Below are positions 26,064 through 38,905 of a DNA stretch of 64,000 nucleotides, in pieces. This stretch comes from Octopus sinensis (taxonomy: Eukaryota). The notes under the pieces are model-generated. The model was not told the DNA's origin. It made no database searches and worked only from the letters and a program-made list of their open reading frames with translations. Numbering within the stretch: the stretch's first letter is position 1; every line of letters starts with the position of its first letter. The stretch covers positions 167,648,001 through 167,712,000 of the forward strand of contig NC_042999.1 of NCBI RefSeq assembly GCF_006345805.1, given 5' to 3'. Made by a program: the position numbers and the translations under genes.

Positions 26064-26740
26064 GAGCTCCTTTAGAAACACACCCCGCCAAGAAAATGAA
26101 ATACAATTTTTAAAAAAGTGATGAAAATGGGAAATATATACAAAATTCATTATGTATGCAAAACATTAGAAAGATTCATCCATTTTTAAATATTTTATAC
26201 TAAAAAATAAAACGAACGGAAAACGGATTCTCGCGAATATAAAGAAACATGTCGGACGATACAAGGGGAAGTAATTTACTTTTACCAGTTAGGTATTATT
26301 AATAATACAAGGAGCCCGACAATATCGTTTGCAAATTCTTGATTGTTTTTAATCAGATTTTTTTTTACTGTGCACACTCTGTATGAAAGAAATAATTATA
26401 AAACAATAGAATAAATATGTTTAAGACGTATGCAAGTTTGTTATTTTTATATTTGTTTTCAGTTTACAGAGAGAATGTATTATAGAACATATAACTCAGT
26501 GGCTATTTGGCCCCGTGTATCAGTAATAATACCTGAGTGGTGAAATCAAATTACCTCCCCTTGTGTCGTCCGACATGTTTCTTTATATTCGCGAGTGTCC
26601 GTTTTAGGTTTTTTTTTTATTTTTTAGTATGAAATATTTTAAAATGGATGAATCTTCCTAATTTTTTGCATATATTTTCCATTTTCATAACTTTTTAAAT
26701 TGGATTTCATTTTCTTGGAGAGGTGCGTTTCAAAAGGAGC
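26064..26740. mobile_element. Long diverged inverted repeat (arms ~230-255 bp), MULE/foldback-like
   Basis: 26064-26320 vs 26505-26740, e.g. CGCGAATATAAAGAAACATGTCGGACGA / TCGTCCGACATGTTTCTTTATATTCGCG. Confidence 0.75.
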
Positions 26741-26779
26741 GCCGAAAAAACTGGTCCAACGATAGAAAATTTTATCCCT

Positions 26780-27130
26780 ACTCCACAATTCAGTACATGT
26801 ACAATTCAGACCTGTACGATGAGCAACAAGACAAAAATCATTGAATTTCCATAGTACCGGATGTGCATGTTGCAAACTTACATTCAAATGACAATGTGCC
26901 ATCAAACTGGTTAGAGGTGGACAACAGCAAAATCTGGTAATTGGTTGAATTACTTTAAAACGTCTGCATCATCTATTTCAAAAAGCATTATTTGCATTTG
27001 TAAGTTAAGTGTTAATGTACTGAATGTCTCACTTGAAATATCGCTCTTAATTGAAAGAAAAAGAGATTTAGCGACATTCGTTAATGCTTTTCAGAAAGAA
27101 AGGGAAACAATTTCAAGAAATTTAGAATGA
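26780..27130 (-). pseudogene. Possible MULE transposase C-terminal remnant
   Basis: Frameshifted TSNQFDG.HCHLNVSLQHAHPVLWKF resembles TNNxxEGWHxxLNxxxxxxHPxIWxF. Confidence 0.4.
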
Positions 27131-28391
27131 ATCAGAGAAGTCTAATATTTGTATCCAGGTAACGGGATAATTATTGATAGGATTAAATCTTGTTTGGGCT
27201 TATCAACATAGTATAGCTGTCTTTCATCGGCTTTTAGATACTGAAAAGCATTTTTGTACAGAAATAATTTGCATAATTAAAAATTGAAGTGGGCGAAGTA
27301 AGTCATGTGGGCAATGGACTGAATTTACAAAAAGACGCCATTTAGATAAACAACTGCCATTGCTCAGTTGTTTATTTAACTCATACAATTGTCCACATGA
27401 ATTACTCCCTTTGCTCATATAATCGTGTTTTTAACGCCGTGACCAATTTAGCATGCTTTTATTATCGAATTGGACTCTACAGGAGTATCAGTTGTTTGAA
27501 TACTGATATGCAGATTAACTTAAAACTTAGCAAGTCTCTAAACTCAGTGTCAACAAACCACTTGAAACTATTTTGATTCCCTGGGGAACGAAAGCCAACG
27601 TTGACACTGATAGAGTTTGTACTTAAGATGTAGAGACGCGAAACTAGATTATGTAAAAATATTCAGCTTGTAATTCCAGCGGTTTTGTCAGCAGGCTGTC
27701 TTTCCTTCATATATATATATATATTATATATGTGTGTGCGTGTGTGTGTGTGTTTGTGTGTAATTAGATTATGTAACAAGCAGAAAATCTTGTTTAATTA
27801 TTTCAGTCGACAACTTGAGCGTATAATACAATACGTTTCGTTTGCTGAAAAGCGTTGATGTCCTATGCTCATTAAAATTATTATAATATTTCTCTCTTAC
27901 ACAAAATTTCCATAATTATATTTAATGAAAATAGACCATCTTTGCTTGAATTTCCTTAAAAAGGTTATCCATCACCAGCTAATTATAGGCGGGTGATTGA
28001 ATCAAAGTTCCTAGGTGCTACGTTTACGAACCAGTAGACTGGTGTCTGTCAGTTATGACTCTTCAGTTTATTGGTTAAACAAGTAATCCTATAATCAGAT
28101 GTATGAGTCAATAAACCGACGTCTCTCAGTTGTAATGCGAGGGATGATTGTGACTGTTTTGTGACAGTTTCCCCTCTCGATTACAGTTCCCGGGCTCACA
28201 AAAACATTTTACCCAATGAAAAACTCGTCAATTTTATTGTTCTGTTTTTGGTTCGCCGAGAGAAAAATACATCTGCGACAGAATCAGATTGATGCCAAAT
28301 GTTACTTGAAGAAATGCCTAAATTATTGCGCATACTCGATCCTTCCATTGTTTAGCTGACAAGACAGTATGACATACTATGTACTAAATAT

Positions 28392-28780
28392 GTGAAGGCG
28401 CAATGGCCCAGTGGTTAGGGCAGCGGACTCGCGGTCGTAGGATCGCGGTTTCGATTCCCAGACCGGGCATTGTGAGTGTTTATTGAGTGAAAACACCTAA
28501 AGCTCCACGAGGCTCCGGCAGGGGATGGTGGTGATCCCTGCTGTACTCTTTCACCACAACTTTCTCTCACTCTTACTTCCTGTTTCTGTTGTACCTGTAT
28601 TTCAAGGGGCCGGCCTTGTCACTCTCTGTGTCACGCTGAATATCCCCGAGAACTACGTTAAGGGTACACGTGTCTGTGGAGTGCTCAGCCACTTACACGT
28701 TAATTTCACGAGCAGGCTGTTCCGTTGATTCGGATCAACCGGAACCCTCGTCGTCGTAACAAACGGAGTGCTTCCATCCA
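28392..28780 (+). mobile_element. SINE family C, full length, young
   Basis: tRNA-like head to CGGAACCCTCGTCGTCGTAAC..GGAGTGCTTCCATCC tail. Confidence 0.92.
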
Positions 28781-28934
28781 CAGATGTATATGATCAAACT
28801 TGTGCGATGGAATCTTCCTTCCAAGAAAAAAAAAAGCGTAAGTTGTTTTCTCTTTATTAGAAAAAAACCCCAAGAAATAAATGTTGGTAATATGCTCTTT
28901 TGTTGTTACTTTTCTCATATTGCCTGCAAGTGGT

Positions 28935-29318
28935 GGGAGCACTCCGTCGGTTACGACGACGAGGGTTCCGGTTGATCTGAATCAACGGAACAGCCTGCTC
29001 GTGAAATTAACGTGTAAGTGGCTGAGCACTCCACAGACACGTGTACCCTTAACGTAGTTCTCGGGGATATTCAGCGTGACACAGAGAGTGACAAGGCCGG
29101 CCCTTTGAAATACAGGTACAACAGAAACAGGAAGTAAGAGTGAGAGAAAGTTGTGGTGAAAGAGTACAGCAGGGATCACCACCATCCCCTGCCGGAGCCT
29201 CGTGGAGCTTTAGGTGTTTTCGCTCAATAAACACTCACAACGCCCGGTCTGGGAATCGAAACCGCGATCCTACGACCGCGAGTCCGCTGCCCTAACCACT
29301 GGGCCATCGCGCCTCCAC
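28935..29318 (-). mobile_element. SINE family C, full length, inverted relative to 28392
   Basis: Reverse complement with only a handful of differences. Confidence 0.92.
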
Positions 29319-29699
29319 TATACATCTATACAGGTATACGCAAGCCAGGACAATTTTTTTTAATGAACTTTGGTAGTAAAATGCATGCAAGTCTACCCTC
29401 CCCCGCCACTAATGTTGATCCGAAGGAAAGAACAATGACTTGGGCCAATACAACTTAGTATCAAGGATGTTACAGGCGTTACTGCCAGAACAAAAAGACC
29501 GAACGCATAGATATTGCACGACCTCTCTAACAGTTTTGCCAATCCACCACTCTGGATTGGAACATTTTGTATATTAATCTTGAAAGACGATAAATAAATT
29601 TGGCCTAGGCGGGATTTGAACTCAGAGCACAGAGAGCTGAAACAAACACTGCAAGGCTTTATTTGCATTGCTCGAATGTCTCTGCCAATAGCATGTGAT

Positions 29700-30260
29700 T
29701 ATTTTTTATAGTAAATCCAGCTCTACTTACTGTAGTATCTACAATGTGAATACATGCTGTCTCCTATGTGAACTCAATAGTTCAGGACTGTCTTACCAAC
29801 TGCTTTAAAAGAATATCAATACGATGATCTCTCAATGATCTGTCGACACTGCCATCCACTTTTTCTCACACCAAAAAGGAGAAAAATCTCTTGATCCAAC
29901 AAAGGAAGTTATGTCGCCATTCGACTTGATAAAAATAGCTGTGACAGCTCCACACAAATCACACTCCGTGCAAACATTTAATATCCAGAATACAAATAAG
30001 ACATAATCATGCAGGTCAGAAAGTAAGACGCATTGTGTCAGTATACAGCAAAGGATCAAACAAATGCATATATGTCCGATATGAGGACAGTAAATGCACA
30101 CAAAACTATATCATGATGGCAGTAATAAAGTCACGCCTTAGAAGTGCATATATGGTCTTGTTTGAAGACAAGGTTTTAGAAAAAGAAATCCACAGAATAA
30201 AACAAACATTCGAAAACACAAAAGATAATATTATTTTAGATATACTATGCATATATAAAA
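29700..30260 (+). pseudogene. Decayed PLE RT fragment, partial duplicate of 33770-35500
   Basis: 29960-30210 closely matches 34140-34390 (KSRLRSAY..LEKEIHRIKQT). Confidence 0.6.
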
Positions 30261-30733
30261 GATATAATGGTTGTGGCTAGAATGGCTTTCATTTAAGGGA
30301 TAGCTTGGGATCAACAAAAAAGTGTACTAAATATAATCCTACTAATATTCATGATGGGATACTGTATAATGAAACAGATATTGTTATATTTTGACATGGT
30401 GATTCTCTCATTAGAAGTACATATTCAGTGGTTCTAATTTTAATCAGAAATCCTCAAACTTCTAAAATCGGGAAAGTTCTGGTGGAACAAATGTCTCAAA
30501 CGGGAAATTTCTGGAAAGTGTCCAGAAAATTTTTAATGGGATGAGCAAGTGTTGGTAGGTGCATTAAATCATAAAAGCATTAAAAGCGAAAGAGACGTGT
30601 AGCTCTATTCTGTCGTTGGCAAATCTTAGTCAAAATGTAACAGGCAGAATAGTTTTGCTGAAAAGCGAAATGTTACAAAGTGAAACTGCACATATCAAGA
30701 GAATCTGAACTGATACGAAAGTTATATAAGCAA

Positions 30734-31132
30734 CTAGCAGTATCGCCCGGTGTTGCCCGGGTTTGTAAGGGAAATAACTATATAAGCATTTTTAGAGAGT
30801 TATAGCCAAAAAATAGCAAAAGAATGCATTAAAAATGGAAAAAAATGATGTTAAATTTTTTTTTAAATCGTTGACTCATCGTAGACATTTTAGAGAGTTA
30901 CTTCCCTTATATAATAGCGAAAAAATGCATTAAAATGGAAAAAAATGATGGTAAATTTTTTTTTTAATCATAGACTCATCGTAGACGCGCGCTAAAACCC
31001 AGAAGGGCTCGATATGAATCACGACTATAAGATACCCGGTTTTGGTTAAACTGCACCGCAAAATGTGGGAGTAGTTAGGAATCTAAATCGTAGGAGACAG
31101 ACAGCACACAACCTCTCTTTTATATATAAAGA
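30734..31132 (-). mobile_element. Complete non-autonomous Helitron with internal duplication
   Basis: Minus: A|TCTTTATATATAAAA ... CCCGGGCAACACCGGGCGATACTGCTAG|T. Confidence 0.88.
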
Positions 31133-31445
31133 TTACATTCATTGTGTATGTATAAGCTATTTTATGAAATGCAAAAGGATAATCAATTCGAAATGCTTAC
31201 GATATGGATCATTTCACATAAGGAATTAACAGTACTTCACTTCATTATTTAATGCGTCAAAGTCTTTCGCTACACATGTACCTTTTCAATGAGTTTTTTT
31301 TATGACTGCCTCTTTCCTCACTCTCTGGAGGCGGCGGCGATGTAAGTGGTGTTTATAACGGTTGGTTGGGTTGAGTCTTTACATGTAAGTTAATGTGCAT
31401 GCATAATACCGCTCTACACGGTTTGAGATTGTAACTGAGAAATGT

Positions 31446-31835
31446 AAGGCGGCCAGCTGGCAGATACGTTAGCGCGCCGGGCGAAATGCGTAGCTGTATT
31501 TCGTCTGCCGTTACGTTCTGAGTTCAAATTCCGCCGAGGTCGACTTTGCCTTTCATCCTTTCGGGGTCGATAAATTAAGTACCAGTTACGCACTGGGGTC
31601 GATGTAATCGACTTAATCCGTTTGTCTGTCCTTGTTTGTCCTCTCTGTTTTTAGCCCCTTGTGGGTAGTAAAGAAATAGATATTTCGTCTGCTGTTACGT
31701 TCTGAGTTCAAATTCCGTCGAGGTCGACTTTGCCTTTCATCCTTTTGGGGTCGATAAATTAAGTACCAGTTACGCACTGGGGTCGATATAATCGACTTAA
31801 TTCCTTTGTTTGTTCCCTCTATGTTTAGCCCCTTG
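31446..31835 (+). mobile_element. SINE family A, partial dimer, fused to an RTE fragment
   Basis: Same internal junction as 20321 copy; cut at CCCTTG. Confidence 0.9.
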
Positions 31836-32281
31836 CATAAGATCTGGTCATCAAATCTAAGTAGAGACTTCAAACTTGAAATCTTCAAAGCCACAGTCGA
31901 ACCAATTCTACTATATGGCTCAGAAACCTGGACGTTATCAAAGAAGCGGTTGAGAGGAACCTACACTCGCCTCCTTATGAGAGCTCAAAATCTCTCGTGG
32001 AGGCGCCATCCAACCAAAATGCAAATATATGGGAAACTACCACCTGTGTCATCTCTTGTGAAAGGTAGGAGAGCTGAAAAAAAAGTAATTTCTGCTCTTC
32101 TCCTCTGGAAGCCATCTACTCGTGATACCAGAGGGCGCACACTCTCCTACCCTGATGTAATCTCCAGGGATACAGGCATCCAGCAACAGGACCTCCGTAA
32201 TGCCATGATGGACCGTGAAGTTGGCGTAGCATGGTAAATTCCATTGTCTCGACCACGGTTGAACAATGATGATGATGATGT
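31836..32281 (+). pseudogene. 5'-truncated RTE-type LINE 3' end
   Basis: FKATVEPILLYGSETWTL..YTRLLMRAQNLSW..MMDREVW; (TGA)n tail. Confidence 0.85.
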
Positions 32282-33186
32282 AGGCAATAAAAAAAATAAG
32301 AAATGTGACTGAGATGTCTGCTTTCGGGAGACCCGTAAAATTACAACATATACCTGTCGAGTAAACGAGGTGGCCCCTGCATAGTAGTTAAACTTGTTAT
32401 GAATAGTAGCTACATCTTCCACATTTCACTGCATTAAAGGGAAAGACGTATTAGAAAGTGTAGTTAGTCATGAATACAAACATTACTTCTAAATAAAAGA
32501 CGGAGTGATCGCGGCTGTCACGCTTATGCTCAGAGATCTACTGAATCCGAAACAAAAAAAGACCTACACAGCAACAACAACGACAAAAACAAATTTACTA
32601 GTGTGATGAACCATTTGAATGACTGGCTTGGCGGTAAGAAGAAGCATGCAGATCCATGCTTAATGTACGAAACGACATACAACGCATTTTTTTAATTCTT
32701 TATGTGGCATTCGTATGTTATACAACAGTAAACAAACTGAAGAGAGAAAGCTGCTCAAATGTAACGTATACAATTGTAAGTAATAGTAACAAGGTACAAT
32801 GTAAGCGAAAAGGCAACAACTAAAGATATATATAGTAAAAATGTTATTAATACTTATGCCTATGGACGTTAAGTACACATATACATCTGATATATATCTA
32901 TATACCTTAACTAACTATATTCTCCTTACACATCTCTCTTACAAGGCCTCTGTCTTATTATCTCTCACACTGTTCTATATTCACTCTGTGTGTGTGTAAA
33001 TTAGTATATATCTGCATATGTAGTTACGTGTGTCGGTGTAAGTTTCATAGTGTGTGGGTGCGTGCGTGTGCGTATATTATGTATGTTGAGTACCTGTTTA
33101 CATAGGTTTCCGTGTATAAAAATTAATGTTTACACATCTTTATAAAGATATAAGAAGAGCCAGCAACGCTTCTATATGTTTATATA

Positions 33187-33219
<33 letters not shown>

Positions 33220-33422
33220 TGTATGTATGTATGTATGTATGTATGTATGTATATCTACATTATGTATATGCATACATACATATACGCGCACATACGCATA
33301 TCTTTATACCACATATATTAGGTGTGCTCTTTTACGCTTACATAAAATGAATGTATATACATATATACATATATATATGTGCGTGTGTGTGTGTGTGTGT
33401 GAATGTGTGTATATATATATAT

Positions 33423-33456
<34 letters not shown>

Positions 33457-33769
33457 CTGTGTGTGTGTGTATATATATATACGTGTATGTGTGTGTCCAT
33501 GTACACACACATGAATATACGCGTATATATATACATATACGTATGTATATATGTGTGTATAGGTATGAATGTACATCTACATACATATACATATATACAC
33601 ATGTGCGTGTGTGTTTGTGTGTGTGTGTGTGAACATACAATATCTAAACATATACGTGTACTCGTATATCTAAATGCATATTTCTATACCGTGTGCGTAT
33701 ATGAATGTAAGAAAGAATACATCATTAAATAAAATACACCAGAGGAATATAATATAAAGTACTCAGATA

Positions 33770-35500
33770 ATTCTTTTAAAAATTTAAGGAAAGACTAACG
33801 CAATAGGTACCATCTCCACATGAGATGTAGAAAGTTTGTTCACTATCGTCGTGGTGACAGAAACAATAGAAATCACTGAACAAAACGTCTATAAAGAGCC
33901 AAAAATGAAGCAACCTGCGATGCCATCAAACTTATGAAAAAGAGATTACCTTATAAGTATCTTTCTGCTGCTCACAAGGTAATTTATGCAAAGATAGAGT
34001 GACCATAGGCTTCTGCCTGGTATCTACGTTTGCCACATTCTACTTATACGCAATAGAGAACAGAATAATACCAAAACATAAACACATGGTGGTAATGGAT
34101 AAATTAAAGGACGTTGAGAAACTGAAGGAAGACTTATAGACCAGCTCCGTGCAAACATTTAATACCCAGAATACAAACAAGACATAATCATGCAGGTCAG
34201 AAAGTAAGACGCATTGTGTCAGTATACAGCAAAGGATCAAACAAAATGCATATATGTCGTATATGAGGCCAGTAAATGCACACAAAACTATATCATGATG
34301 GCAGTAATAAAGTCACGCCTTAGAAGTGCATATATGGTCTTGTTTGAAGACAAGGTACTAGAAAAAGAAATCCACAGAATAAAACAAACATTAATTAACA
34401 AAGGGTATTCTGATAGATAAGTAGACCGAGCTATAGAAGAATAGAATACCAAATATTCTACAACAATGCATCAGAGAATATATCCAATAATATACACAAA
34501 CTACACAACATTTACTATATCATTCAAATGCATAAAGACTATTGTAAAGATAAATACATTATCAAAATCCTCAAGAAATGGAACAAAAGGCATCTCATTT
34601 ATCCATAAACTTTAACTATTAATATACTACAAAAACACCAAAACCAAAAGCCTACATAACAATAACACTTCACGGGCATGTAAACCACAAAACATGCTAC
34701 GAATGACCAATGTAATCAGCTGTTACATTGGACATTATCTCGGAGCCACACTATGCATTAACAACAATCGCAAAACACTATACTGTACACCACAAAACAA
34801 AGACAAAAAGTAGGAGAGGATCATATAATACCTCACAAAAATGAATTATGGAAGCCTTACTCATTACGATTCAGTGTCAAAGAAAACACACAAACAACTA
34901 ATACATGGCTACTGTAATGAAGTGGAGGCGCAATGGCCCAGTGGTTAGGGCAGCGAACTCGCGGTCATAGGATCGCGGTTTCGATTCCCAGACCGGGCGT
35001 TGTGAGTGTTTATTGAAAGAAAACACCTAAAGCTCCACGAGGCTCCGGCAGGGGATGGTGGTGATCCCTGCTGTACTCTTTCACCACAACTTTCTCTCAC
35101 TCTTACTTCCTGTTTCTGTTGTACCTGTATTTCAAAGGGCCGGCTTTGTCACTCTCTGTGTCACGCTGAATATCCCCGAGAACTACGTTAAGGGTACACG
35201 TGTCTGTGGAGTGCTCAGCCACTTACACGTTAATTTCACGAGCAGGCTGTTCCGTTGATTCGGATCAACCGGAACCCTCGTCGTCGTAACCGACGGACTG
35301 CTTCCATCCATCCACTGTAATGATAACAATTTAACCACAGCAAAAAAAATTACACAATACAACTGATGTGGAGGCCTAATAGTTAAGACAACTTCGGTTG
35401 AAAAGTCTACATGAATTCAAAGAATGCATAAGAAACACAGGCACCAAAAATATTCAATTCTTGAAAAGGAAACAGTGAAGGCCCGGAAATATTTTAATAT
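33770..35500 (+). pseudogene. Decayed PLE RT-thumb-linker remnant, interrupted by SINE C
   Basis: DVESLFTIVVVTETIEI; Y..(DG)VTIGFCLVSTFATFY; LEKEIHRIKQTLINKGY. Confidence 0.7.
34922..35313 (+). mobile_element. SINE family C with 10-bp TSD
   Basis: TSD ACTGTAATGA at 34911-34920 and 35314-35323. Confidence 0.93.
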
Positions 35501-35788
35501 GAATTTTGAAATTTTATTGTTCTAGATTAACTGCAAAAATAACCAATAACAAAATGGAAAATAATCTAAAATAAAAGAGGTAAAAATTGAACACGTTCGT
35601 GCATTTAGTAAAACGTGTATAAAAGAGTCAAGACTATTGAAAAGGTTGCAAGACGCAACGAAAATTTTAGGAAAATAAAAATAAGAAATAAGTGGAAAGT
35701 TTACCGGTGAGTGTGTTACATTATAAGGCACAAAAAAAATGACTCTCCCCAGACACAACAAAAGAAAAGCTGTTCCCTATATATACGA

Positions 35789-36091
35789 CTAGCAGTATCG
35801 CCCGGCGTTGCTCAGGTTTGTAAGGGAAATAACTATATAAGCATTTTTAGAGAGTTACTTCCCTTATATAATAGCAAAAAAAAAATGCATTAAAAATGGG
35901 GGAAAATTATGGTAAATTTTTTTTTTTAATCGTAGACTCATCATAGACGCGCGCTAATACCCAGAAGGGCTCAATATGAATCACGACTATAAGATACCCG
36001 GTTTTGGTTACACTGCACCGCAAAATGTGGGAGTAGTTAGGAATCTAAATCGTAGGAGACAGACACACAACTTCACTTTTTTATATAAAGA
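35789..36091 (-). mobile_element. Complete non-autonomous Helitron, same family as 30734
   Basis: TC...hairpin...CTAG on minus strand; body matches 30734-31132. Confidence 0.88.
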
Positions 36092-36189
36092 TTACATATG
36101 TACGCGCGCGCGCGCACACACACAACACACATATACACGCAAAACATACACATGTACATAAGTATATACACATACATGTATAAGTATAT

Positions 36190-36236
<47 letters not shown>

Positions 36237-36261
36237 TTATACATGTATATATATATATTTA

Positions 36262-37165
36262 CAGAGGTTCGACAAAATAATGGAAACACCTAGCATCATA
36301 GCATCATAATTTTGAAATATCTATAAAACTGTCAAAAGCTTGTTTACTTTTATGTTTTTTGATTTATTATTAGTGTTGCTTAATATGTTTCGCTAAAATT
36401 GCTGTTTTTCTCTCCAAATATCATCAGAAAAAGGTAATTAAAATTCATTAAAATGACAGATCTATCGGACTTTCATTAAAATTCATTAAAATGACAGACC
36501 TATCGCAGGCGCTAGTGTAACGAAAACAGCCGAAATGTTTCGTGTATCAAGAAGTCCTGTCTCGAAAGTAATGACAGCCTTTGAGAAAGAGGGAAAAACA
36601 TCCTCGTCGAAGAAGAAAACCAGAAGAAAACCAAAACTTTCACATAGGAACCGTCGGACTCTTACACGAATTATTAGAAAAGATCACAAAAGTGCAGCTC
36701 CAAAAATTACTGCAGAGCTTAATGACCACCTCAAGAACCCAGTTTCTACAAAAGCTTTTCGCCGGAAGGTGCACAAACTCGGATTTCACGGGAGGGCCGC
36801 AATCAAAAAATCACTACTTTCAAAAACAAACGTTGCGAAGCGTTTAGGGTGGAGTAAAAACCTACAGAATTGGACCTAGAGCAATGGAAGAATGTTATTT
36901 TCTTGGACGAGTCATCCTTTACCTTATTTCCGACCACTGGCCGAGTATACGTGTGGAGACAGCCAAAAGAAGCATTTGACCCAGACTGCCTTCTTCCAAC
37001 TGTTAAACATGGCGGAGGATCTGTGATGATCTGGGGAACTATATCTTGGAAATCCGCCGACACAATGGTTTCTCTTCGTGGCAGAATAAATAGTCAAGAC
37101 TATTTAAGCATTTTATCTGATCAAATTCATCCTATGGTTGAGGAACTGTTTCCGGAGGGAAATTA
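36262..37165 (+). mobile_element. Tc1-family transposon, left TIR plus 5' two-thirds of transposase (pseudogene)
   Basis: TA|CAGAGGTTCGACAAAATAATGGAAACACC; ATG at 36453 (MTDLSDF); WKNVIFLDESSF, PTVKHGGGSVMIWG; ends at LFPEGN. Confidence 0.92.
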
Positions 37166-37325
37166 ATTTAATTTCTCTAAATGAACTAAGTGGATATGGA
37201 AACAGATTTAAGGATAAGAATTTCATTTGATTTGAAAATCTTTGAATAAACTGATGCCTATACGTCACTTTCCCCATTTTCTTCTTTTTCTCATTAATAT
37301 ATATGTGCACACACACACATATATA

Positions 37326-37390
<65 letters not shown>

Positions 37391-37426
37391 ATATTTGTAT
37401 GTGTGTGTCTACATATACATATATAT

Positions 37427-37470
<44 letters not shown>

Positions 37471-37491
37471 ATATATATACATGTATATGTA

Positions 37492-37845
37492 CAGGGGTTG
37501 GACAAAATAATCTAAACACCTTAAAATTTATTTTAACATGGGGTAGAACCGCCTTTGGCAGTAATTACAGCTTGAATTCTACGAGATATGGACTCGGACA
37601 AAGTTTGAATTGTTTTCAAAGGAATTCTTGTCCATTCTTCAGCTAAAACAGTCTCCAGTTCTTGTAGCGATGATGGTGGAAGATATCGACTCCTAACTTG
37701 TTGTTCTAAAATGCACCATAAATGTTCAGCAATATTGAGATCTGGGGACTGTAGTGGACAGATAAGATGTTCAACTTCACTAGAATGTCCCTCGTGCCAT
37801 TAAGTAACAACTTTAGCTGTGCGAATTGGTGCATTATCATTATGA
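37492..37845 (-). mobile_element. Tc1 transposase C-terminus plus right TIR, inverted
   Basis: Minus: [35 protein letters not shown]; TIR TA|CAGGGGTTGGACAAAATAAT. Confidence 0.9.
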
Positions 37846-38509
37846 GATTTAAGAATTTTGCAAGTTGTTCTCAATTGAACATATCGCTACTCCTTCGTAT
37901 CACCCAAGATCAAACGGGCAAGCGGAAAGGTTCGTGGATACATTTAAAAGAGCATTAAAGAAATCCAGAAACGAGCTAGTCGATGACGCAGCATCGACAC
38001 AATTCTTGAGGGTTTATAAGATAACACCAAATACAAACACTTTTTCAGGCAAGTCGCCGACGGAACTAACGTTTACTCGAAAAATAAAGTCAATTTTCGA
38101 CAAGCTGTTACCAGTAAGAAAAAACAAATAGGGAAAACACTGATTATACGACAAAACACCAGCGACAAGGTGTTTTTCAAAATATATAAAAAAGATTTAT
38201 AGATATTGATGGAAGACAAGGTTGGGAAGACAGAGTAGTAACAAAAAGAATAGGAAAAATGACGTATATGATGAGGCGAAAAATGGGAATACAAAAGACA
38301 TTTAAACCAGCTAAAAAATAGATATACGGAAAAATTAAAAGAGCTACCTATGGAAGTATTCTATGACATTTTTGATGTTACAACGCCACATGGAATGGAC
38401 CATAGGCGTAGCGGCACAAGAAAGAGGAAACAAACAGAACGGTTTGAAGTATTGCCTAAACGGAAGAAAGATTAAACTTCCCTAGGAGGAAAATCTCAAA
38501 AAGGGAGAT
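37846..38509 (+). pseudogene. Gypsy integrase 3' fragment plus polypurine tract
   Basis: TPSYHPRSNGQAERFVDTFKRAL..TPN..GKSPTEL; PPT AAAAGGGAGA at 38498-38507. Confidence 0.9.
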
Positions 38510-38901
38510 ATGATGAAAGAAAAATAAATAAATAAAAATAATAATATAAACTGTCAACGGAAGTCTATCTCAAAGGGGGAAATGTCTCTCGCCCACTCTC
38601 ACTCAACCTATCTCTATTTGTCTCTCTCTTTCAGTCTTTCTCTCTCTCTCTATGATACCTAGTTCACCCTAACTGCAACGCCACCATCGATAACAACAGT
38701 TATGTATAACAAACGCACGTGCAGAACTAAATCATATATATTTTTTTATAAGTATATTTGAATATACGCATAACGTTTTTTAAAAAATATATTCATTACC
38801 AAAACACGCATATCTGTGTCTGTCAAGGGTCGACCAACACGTTGGAATGTAACTCCTTTCTGGAAATTCATATTGAAACTGGTTAATTGAGTATTTCATC
38901 A
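38510..38901 (+). mobile_element. Gypsy 3' LTR (392 bp)
   Basis: TGATGAAA...TTTCATCA terminal inverted repeat, 2 nt after the PPT. Confidence 0.85.
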
Positions 38902-38905
38902 GGGG

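Noticed and set aside
28392-28470. SINE heads as tRNA genes (Arg-TCG-like and others)
   Set aside because: No proper acceptor stem or Pol III terminator; they continue into SINE bodies and some have TSDs.
32745-32780. CTGAAGA-GAG..CTC-AAATGTAACGTA as a hammerhead
   Set aside because: Needs several assumed mutations; stem I absent.
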